A stretch of 63,294 nt of DNA, filler included, from Octopus bimaculoides (taxonomy: Eukaryota), in the NCBI RefSeq assembly GCF_001194135.2. It is 7 parts of 7 records of this genome, joined end to end, with 100 filler letters (N's around TTAATTAATTAA, not from the genome) between each part and the next. Parts side by side here need not be neighbours in the genome. Positions count along the whole stretch, not along the records: positions 6,270 to 22,018 come from NC_069006.1; positions 22,119 to 33,916 come from NC_068983.1; 5 more parts are not named here. The stretch is one strand, 5' to 3'. The notes below the pieces were generated by a model, which was given only the letters and a program-made list of their open reading frames with translations, was not told the origin of the DNA and searched no databases. Below, piece after piece: positions 12,922 to 26,281 of the stretch. The translations under genes were made by a program, and so were the position numbers. The number at the start of each line of letters is the position of its first letter. The first letter of the stretch is position 1.

Positions 12922-13300
12922 GTGAAGTATATTTGCCACCTAAATGTGGCTGACCCATAGCGGACGATGCTACTGTTGTTTATAGACCCAGAAAGACATC
13001 TCCTCCAGCTGGTTAACGAAACACTGTCTGTATCCAATCAGTATTTCCGAAAGGAAATCATCGTTCCCATCTCTGGCATACACGCTGATGACGGGTTACT
13101 ACCCAGAAACCTGGGTCCCGGTGTATCACGTAAGGCTAGGGACGGACACGATGATTTCCCTTCGTAAATACTGATCGGACAGACAGACAGACAGACAGTG
13201 TGTCATTAGTCAGGTGGAGGAGATATCTTCCTGGGGCTATAAACAACGGTAGCATCATCCTCTATGGATCAGCCACATTTAGGTGGCAAATATACTTCAC
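12922..13300. mobile_element. Foldback element with ~150-bp inverted arms
   Basis: GTGAAGTATATTTGCCACCTAAATGTGGCTGA... versus ...TCAGCCACATTTAGGTGGCAAATATACTTCAC. Confidence 0.75.
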
Positions 13301-13623
13301 AACATATATAGATATATATATATATATTGGAAAATTCACAAAAAAAAAAACAAAAGACGAAGACAGGTGGTGTAGACAACAAACAGATGTATTAGTATAA
13401 CGCTCGGGAAGTGAAAAAGTTTTTAACGTTTCGAGCCTACGCTCTTCCACAGAAAGTAACACAGAAAGAAACAAGGAGTGAAAATAGGAGAGAAAAAAAG
13501 GAGAGAGAAAAAAGAAACAAGGAGAGAATATATAAATATACATATACATATACATATATTAAATATATGTACATACACACAAATACATACAGGTATACAG
13601 ATATTATATTGTATATGCATTGA

Positions 13624-13664
<41 letters not shown>

Positions 13665-14288
13665 TACACACACAAAATATACATACGTATAAACACAGCC
13701 CATCATTCACACAGAAACACACACGAAACATCGCAACAGCTGCAACGAAATAAAAAGTAAATTAAAAATCACAAGAAAAAGAAACAAAAACCACCAAAAT
13801 CCCCAGTAATTTAATATTTTATCTCCACCAAAATAAACTACTTCTAGCAGATTCTGTTGTATAACTGCACTTCCGGTTAGGATATATTGAGCATTTTTCA
13901 AAGAAAGTTTTTCCTGGTGCATACATCTGCTTTTGGTGGTGCATACATCTGCAATTAATTTACACGTGAAACTACGCCTTTGTACGAATTTATAGTTACT
14001 CGCTGTGTGTGCATGAACAGCCATGTGTTCGTGTTTGTATGTGCATGTGTGTGTGTGTGTGTGTGTGTGCGTGAGCGCGCGATTATGTAAGTAATAATGA
14101 CAATGATAATAATAACAACAACAACAATAATAATAATTGCAACAACAACGACGACGACAATGCTGCTGCTGATGATTTTAAGGGAGGGAATTAATTGCAC
14201 TGACCCCAGAACATAAGGACCTTAAAGAGTTAAGGCTAAACACTTTTCTCCGACACGCTAACGACTCTGCCAGCTCGACGCCTTGGCA

Positions 14289-14350
<62 letters not shown>

Positions 14351-14358
14351 AATAATAA

Positions 14359-14879
14359 TGCTCTGATGCAGTACCAAACAGTGGCTCTCATGGCTTCTGA
14401 TCTTAACTGATTGTAAGTGTTATCTTGTACATTGTTTTGTCTTGGTATAAAAAGATGGGCTACAGCCAATATTCTGCTCAATACCATAGCTTTGCTTGTC
14501 AGTTGTTTGACCTTAACCTGTTGAGCATGTCCCTTGGTGGTTGACGATATGTGCATCTCTGATCACGAGCAGAAGTAGTGGGGGAGCATCATAGCCATGT
14601 GTTGAGAGGAATTCTTTGGGGGTTTGAATAATTCACTTTTGGAAACATGGGTGTTTTGCTCAACATCCTTAAACAACCCTTATTCAGGGACCTTTTGAGC
14701 GGGATGGGCTACTCGGTCATGTGCTGTTTATCTTGATGTGAGATCACCATGTTGGGCACATATGGTTGTGATGCATGTGCCTGGTGTACCCTTATCAGAC
14801 GGGTAGTCATGATGGGTATAATGGGCTTCGTATATTTTACCCCAGTGCCACTTTGATGGCAAGTACTGCTCTCTCACTC
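14359..14879. mobile_element. Unclassified ~520-bp interspersed repeat embedded in (AAT)n
   Basis: A second, closely similar copy lies at 53504-53924. Both copies are flanked by AAT-type repeats on both sides. Confidence 0.75.
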
Positions 14880-14935
<56 letters not shown>

Positions 14936-14947
14936 TAATAATAATAA

Positions 14948-15002
<55 letters not shown>

Positions 15003-16881
15003 TGTTGTTGTAATAACGCGCGCGTACACACATGCACGCACACACACATGCAAAAAAGTGATATAACATGGAAGATATTTCATGTCAAATTTCATACAAG
15101 AAATCAATTTAACATTAAACTGAAGAATTACTCTCAATACTTTTTGTACAGTACATATTTATTGACTTTTACAGTGACTTCGAAGTTTCGGCTTGCTCAC
15201 CTTCATGTGACTATTGGACACTCACTCACGTACACACACATGCACACACACACACGCACACATACACATACACAAATATACATGTATGCATACATGTATA
15301 TGGGTATAAATACATATAAATATGTACACACACATACACATACACACATTGATATATGTGTATATATTATATATCTATATTATATATCTGCATGCAAACG
15401 CTTATATATAAATGTGTATACATGTACAGTAATCCCTCGACTATCGCGGGTGTTACGTTCCAACCCCATCCCGCGATAGGTGAAAATCCGCGAAGTAGAA
15501 ACAGTACTGTACTCTATATTTTTTTGCTTTTATTTTTATAATTTCTGTATATTTATTTTATTATGAATGCAAAACAACATTATTATGAATGCCCATACGC
15601 ACGCACACACACACACCCATGCCCATACAGACATATTTTTATTTGTGTGATATAATACAATCAACTGTTTGTTTAGAACAGTTGTTGGCTACAGACTGTT
15701 TTATACCTTATGTAATATTTACATAACTTGGGAATACATTTTGCCTCTCGGTTGAAGAATGTGCAAGTTTTTTAAAATGTCCACTATATTCTGGATATCA
15801 GATAAAGAAAAGAGGAGAGTGCAACAATTATGGGGAAAATGGGGGAGTGTTCCACATTCTTTTCTTCGGATTTCTCTCTGTTTCTTTGTGTGAAATTGTA
15901 ACACAATAAATTGACATATGTACATATGGCGGGATATATGTAGAAGCGATATAGATTGAAAAATAGATGGATGAATAGAGAAGCACATAGATGGATTATA
16001 GCATGAATGGGATATAGAATGTGGTGTATTGAGTTTAATGAGTGAAGAATGAAAGAGTATTAAACATATTAAAATGTGCCCTGAATTCGAAGGTTAAGGT
16101 GCAACACCAGCATTCGTGCAGGTACTGAGGTGCGATTACCGGTGTTATACGTTGAAGATGTTTTCAACTAAGATATTAGTTATAGTTTCATGTGTCTATG
16201 TTTTCAAAATATTTCAGATTTAAGCTTAAAATAGATAACCTGGAACCGTGATTATTTCGTTTTTTGGCTTTTCTTAAAAATACAAATGTTTCGCATTTAG
16301 ACCGCCATTCCTGTACGCTCTCTTTTTAAAAATGTATTTTCTTTCTAGCTGACATTATAATTGGAGGCAGTGTCTTTAAAACAGCACATATAATTGGAGA
16401 GTGTAGCCGTTCGTCGTCTTTTGATAGTTCTGAAGTTAGATACATACATAGATAGTTAGATAGTGTGTGTCTGTGTGTTTGTGCGTGCGTGCGTGCGTGT
16501 ATGTGTGTGAGTGCGTGCGTGTGCGTGTGTATTCATCCATCAAGCATCTCCGTCCACTATTCCGGGGAGGGGCCGGTCGTGCGGAGTAAAGCTCTCAGCA
16601 ACAGAGACAATCATCGTCCTTCTCCAAATGATTATAGTCTTTGAATTATGTGTGTGTGTGTGTGTGTGTGTACGTGTGTATGTGTGTATGTGTGTGTAAG
16701 TAACTGCGTGTTTATGCAATTTCTAATTGTGCATGGAGTGAATCCCAGTATTTCTTTCAAATTTATTTATAATGCACAATAAAAGGTAATCACTGTTGCC
16801 ATCTGGGCGGATGTGGTACACATTACTTGGAATGTTTTGATGTGCAATTTGCGATAACGACATATTTCGGAGTAATATATA

Positions 16882-16923
<42 letters not shown>

Positions 16924-17379
16924 TATTTCATTTCCTTTTATTTCATTTTATCTAGTTTCAGCTCATGAGCTGTGGCCATGCTGGGGCAGCGCCATATATA
17001 TATATATATATATATATNNNNNNNNNNNNNNNNNNNNNNNNNNNNNNNNNNNNNNNNNNNNNNNNNNNNNNNNNNNNNNNNNNNNNNNNNNNNNNNNATA
17101 ATACAAAGAATATATATACATGTATACACACATATATGTACATACTTACATCTACATGTGTATATATATGCATATCAGGGTACAGGACGTTAGAACAATA
17201 AACTACAGACAACGGAACGAACACATAGGAAAACGGAAAGCCACTTGGAATATCCCTTCATCAGCTGTCTCTATTCTATCTAGACGTTTCGAAGATATAT
17301 ATATACACACACACACACACATACGGGTGAGTGGACAAACGAAAGAAGGGCACTCAACAAATTTATTGGGAGTTACATG

Positions 17380-17810
17380 TATGGATCAAAGCAGTTTGAT
17401 TCAAATTTGTTGGTACTCTTAAGTTTCAAGCGCGATGTTAGTCGTCAGCCATTTTGAAATTCAATGACAGAAATTGAATGTTATTGCCGTAAGATGGGCT
17501 GGGATTGGTCGAAGAAGGTCACACGGTGTCATGCTTTGATGTGGGTATAAGGGTAACAGTTAGTTGGAAAATACCGCATCGTGAACGCGTGGTCAATTTC
17601 CTGTTGACTATACGGTATTTTCCAACTAACTATTACCCATATACCAACATCAAGCCACAACACCATGTCACCTTCCTCGACCAATCGCAGCCCGCCATAC
17701 GGTAATAACAATCAACTTCTGTCATTCAAATTCAAAATGGCTGAAGACTAGCATCACGCTTCAAAACTCAAAAGTACCAACGCATTTGAATCAAACAGTT
17801 TTGATCTATA
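17380..17810. mobile_element. Foldback element with ~200-bp inverted arms and almost no spacer
   Basis: Arms are reverse-complementary along their length; central loop near 17597-17603; TA-rich flanks. Confidence 0.8.
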
Positions 17811-17830
17811 TATACATATGCATATATAAT

Positions 17831-17935
<105 letters not shown>

Positions 17936-17998
17936 ATACATATATATATATACATACACATATACATGCATATATATACATATATATATATGCACACA

Positions 17999-18034
<36 letters not shown>

Positions 18035-18348
18035 GTATGTGTGTGTGTATGTATAAGTCTGTATAGAAATAAACTTTCCATCCGTTAGGATGTGAAAAAT
18101 AATAGTCAATCATTCCTGAAGAGGATTTTTGCTTTTTTCAACTTCATAATGCACTTTAAATGTGTAAATATGAAAGAAAGCATTTAGGTGATACGCAGCG
18201 TAGGCAATATGAATATTATAAATTTGACTGGAGAAGGAATTTAAAATTTATCATTCTATGTATGTATTCTTCGTTTTCTTTGTATTTTTAAACTGATACA
18301 CATGATTGTTGTTTTCTCACCTGTCTTCGTCTTTTTTCTGTAAATTTG

Positions 18349-18393
<45 letters not shown>

Positions 18394-18767
18394 NNNNNNN
18401 NNNNNNNNNNNNNNNNNNNNNNNNNNNNNNNNNNNNNNNNNNNNNNNNNNNNNNNNNNNNNNNNNNNNNNNNNNNNNNNNNNNNNNNNNNNNNNNNNNNN
18501 NNNNNNNNNNNNNNNNNNNNNNNNNNNNNNNNNNNNNNNNNNNNNNNNNNNNNNNNNNNNNNNNNNNNNNNNNNNNNNNNNNNNNNNNNNNNNNNNNNNN
18601 NNNNNNNNNNNNNNNNNNNNNNNNNNNNNNNNNNNNNNNNNNNNNNNNNNNNNNNNNNNNNNNNNNNNNNNNNNNNNNNNNNNNNNNNNNNNNNNNNNNN
18701 NNNNNNNNNNNNNNNNNNNNNNNNNNNNNNNNNNNNNNNNNNNNNNNNNNNNNNNNNNNNNNNNNNN

Positions 18768-18805
<38 letters not shown>

Positions 18806-19194
18806 AATGTACATGTGTGTGTATTGTATGTATATGTGTCTGTATAAATGTTTCAGGAAATACATGTGCTTTAAAGGAAACTATATGTACATTTAGATTA
18901 CACATGCCCACATCGATACTTACAAATTGACGTACACTTACAGAGACTCACGCTCCCGCATACATCGACAGACGCACGCGCACACACGATCACATCCATA
19001 CACGTATATTCTCACACAAAGAGATATTCACACTTATATTCCACATCAAACCTTTTACTAAGACATCCATTTTAATTTATCCTTCATTTTTTTTTACCGC
19101 TCCCCGATTTCTCAGTCTTTAAACTTTGTACTGTTCAATGTCTTGCAACTCTTGTACCGTTTTTTGGTGATGTCGAATTGACGGCTTTGTAATG

Positions 19195-19234
19195 TTAGGG
19201 CGGCTCAGCTGAAGTATGACTCCGGTTGTTGTTG

Positions 19235-19289
<55 letters not shown>

Positions 19290-21747
19290 GGTGGTTCACA
19301 ATTTCTCTGAGTAACATCTCAAATGTAGGAATCTTTGCGGCTATACTTACATTCTTGTTAACCTTTCCGACTGCCGCTGTATCATTGTCCCCATTTGGCT
19401 GAAGATGTTCTGAAGGTTTTGTGTGGTTCGAACCATCTTCTGCCACGTGATGCTTTGGCGTCGACACTTCGCCTGTGTCACGGTCCGATGTCGGTACCGA
19501 TACGTTTTCGTATTTCACCATCACTTCCTTGCTATTTGTTTCTACTGATTGAGGCTGAAACGTAACCGAACTGTCATTTCCACACTTGTTATTTATGTCA
19601 CTCGCATTTTCAAAGCTATTTGATGACGGTACAACGGTGTCTGTGCTGCTGTTGAAATCTTTCCTCATAAACGTTCTTAATTCTAACTTCCGTTGTCCAT
19701 CGCACTCCGACGGTAGCAAGTATCTGGAACATTCAGGAGTCAGCATGTTTATTTCATCGTTAGAATAACGAGAAGCAAGGGCTGATATTTCTGCTTTCGT
19801 AGTCGTTGTTGTAGTTGCTGTTGTTGTTGATGATGATGATGAGGGTGATGATGCAGTTACTATTGTGACATCTGCTGTTCTTATCGTTGTTGTCGCTGTC
19901 GTCGTCATCGTCGTCGTCGTCGTGGCTGCAAAGCTTTCATTATCATCAGAACTTCCGCTTCCGGTGTCAGATATTGTTCGCGTCTTAGTTGGACGCTTCC
20001 ACACTCGGTTCTGTCGTTGAAGATTTGTTTTCAAAATTGGTTTGGTCCGATTTTGATTCTCTTCACAATTTGCTGCCGACCGATTATCAGAGACCATTTC
20101 GTTACTTGCTCCTATTGGTTTCGAGTCTTTCTGATTGAAATCTGAGATTTTTAATCGTGAAAATTTTTCACTGCGAGACATTTCTCTATTGGTTCCCATT
20201 CCACTTGGTTTATCCTCCAGACGTTTGATTGTCAGTTCAGGTGCATTGAGTTTAGATTTAGAATGTCTGATGAAGAATTCATCTTGTATTTCTTCGCCAC
20301 AACTAACTGTAGAAGACCTTCTAGATGCTTCCAAACATGTAACCGACGAAACAATAGTCGGCTCCTTCATGTTTGAACATTCCAAATTGCTGTTGGCATG
20401 AAGGATGTGTTTTTTGTTATTTTCTTTCCCTTTTATAATATCTTCGCTGCTACTTGCATTTTTGGCAAATTTATTCGGTGCCAGGAGGTTAAAGTAAGTC
20501 TTTCGGTTTGTATCTCGAGAAGAATTGCTCTTTGAGTAACGCAAGAAAGAACGTCTCCATTGTTTCTCAGATTGATTACCGACAGAATTCTCGAAGATGT
20601 TGTCGGCAGAACTATTCGAGTAAAGTTTAGAACGTTTGTTATCGGAATTGTTTGCTGGACTTGAAGATGGCGTCAGTTTAATACTGTTCAAGGAAGCTTT
20701 GGTTTCTTTGAATTTAGCACCAATCGAACCTTCAAGGTTGCTCTTTGACCGCCGCAGCGATTGCTTCAACCGACAACTAAGACTACGAATAATTGCTTTA
20801 GTTTGCATTAAGGAAGACTCCATATTTTCTTTAAACGCTTTGTTTGGACTGTGTTCGACTGATGTGAAATGTGGTTGGTGTTCTAACGATTCGACAGAGA
20901 GCGACTCAAGAGGCAACGGTTCCAGACTTTCAACGCTATATTTCGACGGTGAATTATATTCTTTAATAGGTGTTGAAGCATTTCTTAGTAAAACTGGAAT
21001 GGCACCTCTTTCAACGTTTATCGAGCCTCTACGCGAACGCGAAGGGATCGATTCCATGGCAATTGATTTATTCGAATTAATTGTTTCCCCGTGTGAATTC
21101 GCATCGTTTGAACTTACGCATTGTTTTACCAATGATTCTTGTTGGCATCGAACTGTGACGCTTTCTATGTGCCTAAAACTTCCGCTAGAACATAAACTCA
21201 GTCTAGAGTTGATCGATGGTCGCTGATAGTCTAAAGTACGGTCAGATTTCGCTCGGATTTTTTCTACTAATGGCGTGGTCCCTAAATTAGTGATATTGTC
21301 CAAAGACTGGACACTGTCTACGCGTCGGTTAAGTCTGTTGTCTGGCGTTGTTAAATTTTGATCATCAGTGGAGGCACAAAATGAGTCTATTGGTAGGCTG
21401 TCGTCTGCCACAGTTTCTATGACTGATTCAACATTTGCCGCCGCACAAGAACGCCTGGCGTTGATTTTACTCTCACGATTAGAGTCTCCTCGAAGCAAAC
21501 CGTTTTCATTAGTTTCCTGTGTAATGACGCTGCATTTGTTACGATGACCGGTCAAGGGACAGCCAATCGTTGTCCGACGTTCAATTTTACGTTTCTTACG
21601 GTGTCCAGTCAGTGGTCTATCATTTCTTGGTGAAACTGTGACCGTGAGGTCTTCAGTTCGGTGTCCAGTTAAAGGGTTTACGTTATTCGCGAGACAGACA
21701 GTCATATGATTGTTTTGGATGTGGATAACTGGTAAGTCCAAGGACAT
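19195..21747 (-). CDS. 850-aa Ser/Thr/Asn-rich, probably disordered protein of unknown function, encoded in one large exon
   Basis: 2.55-kb uninterrupted ORF in otherwise stop-dense DNA. First ATG at 21747 with an in-frame TAA upstream. A pyrimidine tract and CTCCAG acceptor at ~21875 imply a spliced 5' UTR. An internal AAT|GTAAGT at 19351/19350 could be a phase-0 donor. Confidence 0.8.
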
Positions 21748-22118
21748 TTTGTCGGGTTTGTGCTGTTCCACAGATTACAAAGATTGTTTGATTTCTACCT
21801 CACTTCCGGTGTGTTGTCGTCCCTTGAAAAAGATGGTCGTTTAAACCATTTGAATTATTTTGCAGTTTTATCAGCTGGAGATTGCGGAGGTATAATACGG
21901 GGTGGGGTGGGATGGGAGAAGCAAAAGAAAGAGAGAGAGAGAATGGAGGTAAGAGAAAGAAAGAGAAAAGAGGGGAGGGAGATGGAGGAATAAATTAATA
22001 AGTGAAGAGAAAAGGATANNNNNNNNNNNNNNNNNNNNNNNNNNNNNNNNNNNNNNNNNNNNTTAATTAATTAANNNNNNNNNNNNNNNNNNNNNNNNNN
22101 NNNNNNNNNNNNNNNNNN

Positions 22119-22350
22119 GTACTCTTTCACAACTTTCACTCTTACTTCCTGTTTCTGTGGTGCCTGTATTTCAAAGGGTCAGCCTTGTCACACTGTGTCA
22201 CGCTGAATATCCCCGAGAACTACGTTAAGGGTACACGTGTCTGTGGAGTGCTCAGCCACTTGCACGTTAATTTCACGAGCAGGCTGTTCCGTTGATCGGA
22301 TCAACTGGAACCCTCGACGTCGTAAGCGACGGAGTGCCAACAATAACAAT
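22119..22350 (+). mobile_element. Family C SINE 3' part
   Basis: Nearly identical to 38451-38684 and truncated by the linker. Confidence 0.85.
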
Positions 22351-23181
22351 TTTAACTAAGTTTTTTTTTTAATATTACTTTGGAAGGATTACAGCTGATC
22401 GCTAATGTCTTGGAGAGAAGGATAATTTTGTCTTGTCTGGGAAATGGAAGAAATAGGATATATAATCCAATTTCATTTGAATTCTATAGATATTTCTATT
22501 TATTTTGATCTCTACTTTGTCTAAAAGTTTCAAATTTTTGGCACAAGACCAGCAATTTTAGGAGCAGGTGGGGTGTAGCCAGTTATATCGACCACCAATG
22601 ATCTACTGGTATTTATGTTATCGATCCGCTCAGGATGAAAGGCAAAGTTAACATCTATGGAATTTGAACTCTGTGCATCTTGTAATGACAAAAAAGCATC
22701 GCTGCCATGACTTGTTCAAGTTCATCATCAAAACACCAACATCTTGGTGGTAGTGGGTGGTCTGTGTGTGTGATGCGTGTATGTGTGAAAAGATAAACGC
22801 GCAATATGGTTCAACTGCTATTTTTAGCAGCTCCAGAGACCATGAGTGGCTTAATAAAATCATTTGATTTACGTATGTTACTGAAAAACGTTTTTACACA
22901 GCGGCAAAAGAGAAAAACGCATGAAAAGACAAAAACGAAACAAGGTCGTGAGGATGGGAGTGGATGGCGGGAACGAAAGTGAAATTTATAAGAATTTTTT
23001 TTCATGAGTGACATTTTCATTTATATATTATCGTTGTCTACAGATTTTCTTTCAATTACAAAACCACGTTAAAATTCAATAATTACATACATAACATGTT
23101 ATGTGTATGATACAAATATAATACAAAACCACATTAAAATGCAAATCCCAAACCGAAGAAAGAAAATAGAGGAAGATAGAA

Positions 23182-23217
<36 letters not shown>

Positions 23218-23544
23218 AAATCAACACAAATGCTTTAATTGTCTGCACACCACAAGGTTCAATGGAACCTACTGAAGCAAGCCAAAATCGCTCGCAACAT
23301 TACCGCGGGCGATGGCGAGGTTAAGGATTTAGAACAGCCAAGCACCCTCGCAGGTATTAATTATCATCTTGGTGTGGGAAGGGAATTAAGGAATTTGAAA
23401 AGCATGGGTTAAAAGAAATTAATGTTATACAAGTGTTTTAGAATGTGCAATATTACAAAGTGACGATGTATATATATATCATCATCAGGATCTTGGGATC
23501 TATTTCAAAACGGGGACACCAGTATTTTCTTAACGAAACACTTT

Positions 23545-24888
23545 GAAACTTGGGACACTGGTAGAATGTGTCATATAAAACATCTTTTACTCTTAGTCTT
23601 CTTAACAAAAAAACGTACATCGCAAGTTATTCCATGTTAAAGTTGTCGTATTTCTGTAATTTCAACCAATCACTGACGTCTATTCAGCTGAATAGAGTTA
23701 CTGCTGGGCGGTCATAAAATGTTATTCCCTGTGACATATTTCATCCGGTTTAATTGTAATTTATACACATATATTGTTTATATAATAAATTACGCTGTAC
23801 GTATCTATGTGTGTAACAATTTTAGAGTTNNNNNNNNNNNNNNNNNNNNNNNNNNNNNNNNNNNNNNNNNNNNNNNNNNNNNNNNNNNNNNNNNNNNNNN
23901 NNNNNNNNNNNNNNNNNNNNNNNNNNNNNNNNNNNNNNNNNNNNNNNNNNNNNNNNNNNNNNNNNNNNNNNNNNNNNNNNNNNNNNNNNNNNNNNNNNNN
24001 NNNNNNNNNNNNNNNNNNNNNNNNNNNNNNNNNNNNNNNNNNNNNNNNNNNNNNNNNNNNNNNNNNNNNNNNNNNNNNNNNNNNNNNNNNNNNNNNNNNN
24101 NNNNNNNNNNNNNNNNNNNNNNNNNNNNNNNNNNNNNNNNNNNNNNNNNNNNNNNNNNNNNNNNNNNNNNNNNNNNNNNNNNNNNNNNNNNNNNNNNNNN
24201 NNNNNNNNNNNNNNNNNNNNNNNNNNNNNNNNNNNNNNNNNNNNNNNNNNNNNNNNNNNNNNNNNNNNNNNNNNNNNNNNNNNNNNNNNNNNNNNNNNNN
24301 NNNNNNNNNNNNNNNNNNNNNNNNNNNNNNNNNNNNNNNNNNNNNNNNNNNNNNNNNNNNNNNNNNNNNNNNNNNNNNNNNNNNNNNNNNNNNNNNNNNN
24401 NNNNNNNNNNNNNNNNNNNNNNNNNNNNNNNNNNNNNNNNNNNNNNNNNNNNNNNNNNNNNNNNNNNNNNNNNNNNNNNNNNNNNNNNNNNNNNNNNNNN
24501 NNNNNNNNNNNNNNNNNNNNCGTATTTAATCTCCATTACTTCTGACATTTGGCAGAGGCAACACACGTGTGTTCGTTTTACCTAACCCTAATTGACTTGC
24601 TCCTTCCCTCAAAAACCAATAGAAAGGTTTATTAGCTACTGCCAATATGCTTCAGCCATTTTTTGACAAGGAAATAATAATTTTATCACCGCCAAAATCG
24701 TTTGACAATCGTTTGTTTACGTAGTCAGCACTTACTGTTATTTGGCTGAATGGACGTCAGTCATTGGTTGAAATTACAGAAATACGACAACTTTAACATG
24801 AAATAACTTGCGATGTACGTTTTTTTGTTAAGAAGACTAAGAGAAAAAGATGTTTTATACGACACATTCTACCAGATTCCCAAGTTTC
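23545..24888. mobile_element. DNA element with ~165-bp terminal inverted repeats, centre in a gap
   Basis: 23545-23710 is the reverse complement of ~24725-24888. Confidence 0.7.
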
Positions 24889-24908
24889 CATGCTGGTATG
24901 GTTTAAAC

Positions 24909-25322
24909 CAGGGGTCGCCAAACTTTTTCGACTATCGACTCCCTTTAGCTACTTCTCCTTCCATATCAACCACTCTCCTCATTTAAAATATCTTAATACT
25001 TTACCATACCATATCTTAAATGCATACCGGGTACTGATACTACGTGTATGGGTATACAGTATTAAACTTTCAATTTTTATGAAATTGTTTTCACGGTTAG
25101 TAAATGTGAAAAACGCATCATATTGCTGGAATATCTTTTATTAAAACTGACAACATCAATGTGAGGGATGGGCATAGCGCTGACTAAGTATTTCAAGCAG
25201 TTCATCTGAGTGAGCTGGTCTTTCGCACGCCGACCTCCATTCGACCCCTTGGCTATCACCGACCCTCTTTAATTCCTCGCCGACCCCTAGGGGGTCCATT
25301 GGACTCCCTTTGGTGACACCTG
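24909..25322. mobile_element. hAT (Charlie-like) MITE
   Basis: TIRs CAGGGGTCGCCAAA / TTTGGTGACACCTG and an 8-bp TSD GTTTAAAC / GTTTAGAC (one mismatch). Confidence 0.8.
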
Positions 25323-26281
25323 GTTTAGACGGTTTGACAAGGGCTGGCTAGGCAGAAGACTGTTCCAGGCTTCACTCTGTTTTTTGCAGGGTTTTTACAG
25401 CTGGATGCCCTCTCTAACACCAACCACCTTACAGAGTGAACTGGGTGCTTTTTACGTGACACCAGCACTGGTATATGTATATATATACACTCAGTCTCTT
25501 TCTTCCGGCCATTTCATCATGTTGAAGCATTAATCTCTACATACTTTTTCTCTCTGTTTTGTTTTTTTTGTTCTCTCTCCATTTTTCCCCCTCTCAGTCC
25601 TTTCTGTCAAAGTGTGTAGGCTCAAAATGTCAGACTTTTCCATTCTTCGCAAACGTTAAACTAAGACACCTGCTTGTTATTCCTTCAGCTGTCTTCATCT
25701 TTTATTTTCTATAAATTTGAACTATATATATATTCCTCTGCACTACAAATTTAATTTGTTTCCGTGGGAAGAGCCATTCTAACAATGCGTTCTGCCCTAA
25801 CTCTTCGAAACGCTTAGTTTTAGAATGGTGGCAGCTGATGATAGAAATGTTCTCTATGTGGCCTGTGTGTTTTCTGTACTCTGTTTATCATTTTGTCCAC
25901 GTTTTTTTGTGACGCCCTGTACCCAGATATGCATCTATATATATATGTAGATGTAGGTATGTACATACATCTACGTATATATGCATATACTTGTAGGGAT
26001 AGTGGTTATACACCATTAGGTGTACTCCGCTTCCGTACATTAAATTTCTTGAAGAAACAACGGAATGCAGATTCTGAACTATCAACACAACAATATTTAT
26101 TACAATAGAATTCAGCAGCACTTTGCCCTTTGGTTACTGAGACGCTGTCAATGAAGTTGCGTGGTTATTTGTGTAGCTCCAGAGTTGAATTGTTGGAGAG
26201 TGGTTGCTACGACGTCTAGGCTCTTCGCTGGCCAGGGTGAAAGAGAATGAAAAGAAGCGCGAAAGCTTGGATGTCGATGAC

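Noticed and set aside
25341-25470. GGGCTGGCT... as a vault RNA near TEP1
   Set aside because: No B box or closing terminal stem. The downstream GGATGCCCT..CCAACCAC resembles an RTE-type retroposon tail.
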